NCBI RefSeq assembly: GCF_018350175.1
Contig: NC_058368.1
Coordinates: 134,418,001 to 134,482,000 of the forward strand
DNA length: 64,000 nucleotides
Source of the DNA: Felis catus
Lineage: Eukaryota
Direction of reading: 5' to 3'
Shown piece after piece: positions 62,895 through 64,000 of the stretch; positions within the stretch are counted from its first letter, which is position 1, and each line of letters begins with the position of its first letter. The position numbers were made by a program, and so were the translations under genes. The notes under the pieces are model-generated. The model was not told the DNA's origin. It saw nothing but the letters and a program-made list of their open reading frames with translations, and made no database searches.

Positions 62895-63102
62895 TTTTAA
62901 AGTTTATTTATTTTGAGAGAGACAGAGACAGCATGAATTGGGGGAGGGGCAGAGAGCAAGGGAGAGAGAGAGAATCCCAAGTAAGCTCTGTGCTGTGAAC
63001 ACAGAGCCCAATGCGGGGATTGAACTCAAGCCCTGTGAGATCATGACATGAGCCGAAACCAAGAGTCAGATGCTTAACTGACTGAGCCACCCGGGTGCCC
63101 CC
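62895..63102 (-). mobile_element. Can-SINE
   Basis: Perfect 16-bp TSD TCATTTATGAATATTT at 62879-62894 and 63103-63118. Confidence 0.96.
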
Positions 63103-63456
63103 TCATTTATGAATATTTGATGTGTGCCACTCCCGGAGCGACATGCTCTCTGTATGTTGTCTACTCCTTATAAGGCCCCTTAGAGGGGAGCTCTAATTTT
63201 TAAAAATCATTTATGGGTTTATTTTGTCTCTCCTAAACACATTAGCCATTCATTATTTAAATATTTAATTTGTTACAAACTGATTCCAGTTTCTTCCCAC
63301 CCGACTTACATGTACCTTGGTGATAGCAGGTTGTAAATCAGTAAGACAGTAGGCTGAAGACTGAGGTTTGGGTGATCTTCCACTTAAAAGTGCTAACAAG
63401 CTGTAGAACCTGATCTTCCTGTACTTCTCCATATCCGAACACATGCACAACTTCTT

Positions 63457-63681
63457 TTTCTATAATTTTTTTTAATGTTTGTTTATTTTTGAGAGAGAGA
63501 GACAAGGGTGTGAGCAGGGGAGGGGCAGAGAGAAAGAAGGAGAGGGAGACAGAATCCAAAGCAGGCTCCAGGCTCTGAGCTGTCAGCACAGAGCCCGACC
63601 TGGGGCTCAAACTCAAGAAATGTGAGATCATGACCCGGGCCAAAGTCAGATGCTTAACTGACTGAGCCACCCAGGTGCCCC
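63457..63681 (-). mobile_element. Can-SINE (felid type)
   Basis: TSD TGCACAACTTCTT at 63444-63456 and 63682-63694. Confidence 0.96.
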
Positions 63682-63694
63682 TGCACAACTTCTT

Positions 63695-63815
63695 ACAGAC
63701 TAGGAAACTGAGGCTTGGAGATGTTAAGTAACATGCCTCAAATCACATAGCTGGCACTTGCTAGAGTGCAGATGTGAGTACCAGGACTGTCTGACCTCAC
63801 AGCCTTACCCTTTGT
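63695..63815 (-). mobile_element. MIR SINE fragment
   Basis: ACAGACTAGGAAACTGAGGCTTGGAGATGTTAAGTAACATGCC...ATCACATAGCT...CTGTCTGAC. Confidence 0.85.
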
Positions 63816-64000
63816 CATTGCATTATGTTAGTCACATAGAAAATTAGCAGTTAGTCTCCTCTGGTCCAACCTTTTATAGAATGCACATATGTCCTTGATG
63901 TGCACCCAGGACTGGGTCATCTCTGTACTGTAGCCTCCAGTAAGGGTGCAGCACCAGAGAGCCTGGTGTTTCTTAAACTGGGAACACTTCCCACCAAAGC

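Overview
Mammalian, AT-rich, repeat-dense non-coding DNA from a feliform carnivore, most likely a felid. The assignment rests on about 22 tRNA-derived Can-SINEs, most carrying the cat-type (SINEC_Fc-like) segment TGCTGACAGCTCAGAGCCTGGAGCCTGCTTC, many with clear target-site duplications (TSDs). I recognise no protein-coding gene, processed pseudogene, tRNA, rRNA, snRNA or known miRNA. The ORF track is explained by SINE, LINE-1, microsatellite and chance reading frames, so the window looks like a large intron or intergenic region. Other content: old and carnivore LINE-1 fragments, L2, MIR, MaLR/ERVL LTRs (MLT1, MER21-like), DNA transposon fossils (Tigger2-like, MER33/Charlie5, MER45A, MER63A, MER5A) and microsatellites. 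The most notable observations are: a perfect 41-bp inverted repeat (56374-56414 / 56637-56677); an L1 ORF2 fragment that appears inverted in place (8035-8353); a 169-bp pure-pyrimidine (CCT)n/(CTT)n tract inside MER45A; several non-repeat CpG-retaining patches, the strongest at about 50500-51400; and candidate non-coding exons. I found no convincing evidence of a novel multi-component biological system. Repeat subfamily names are from memory of consensus sequences, and boundaries of old repeats are approximate.
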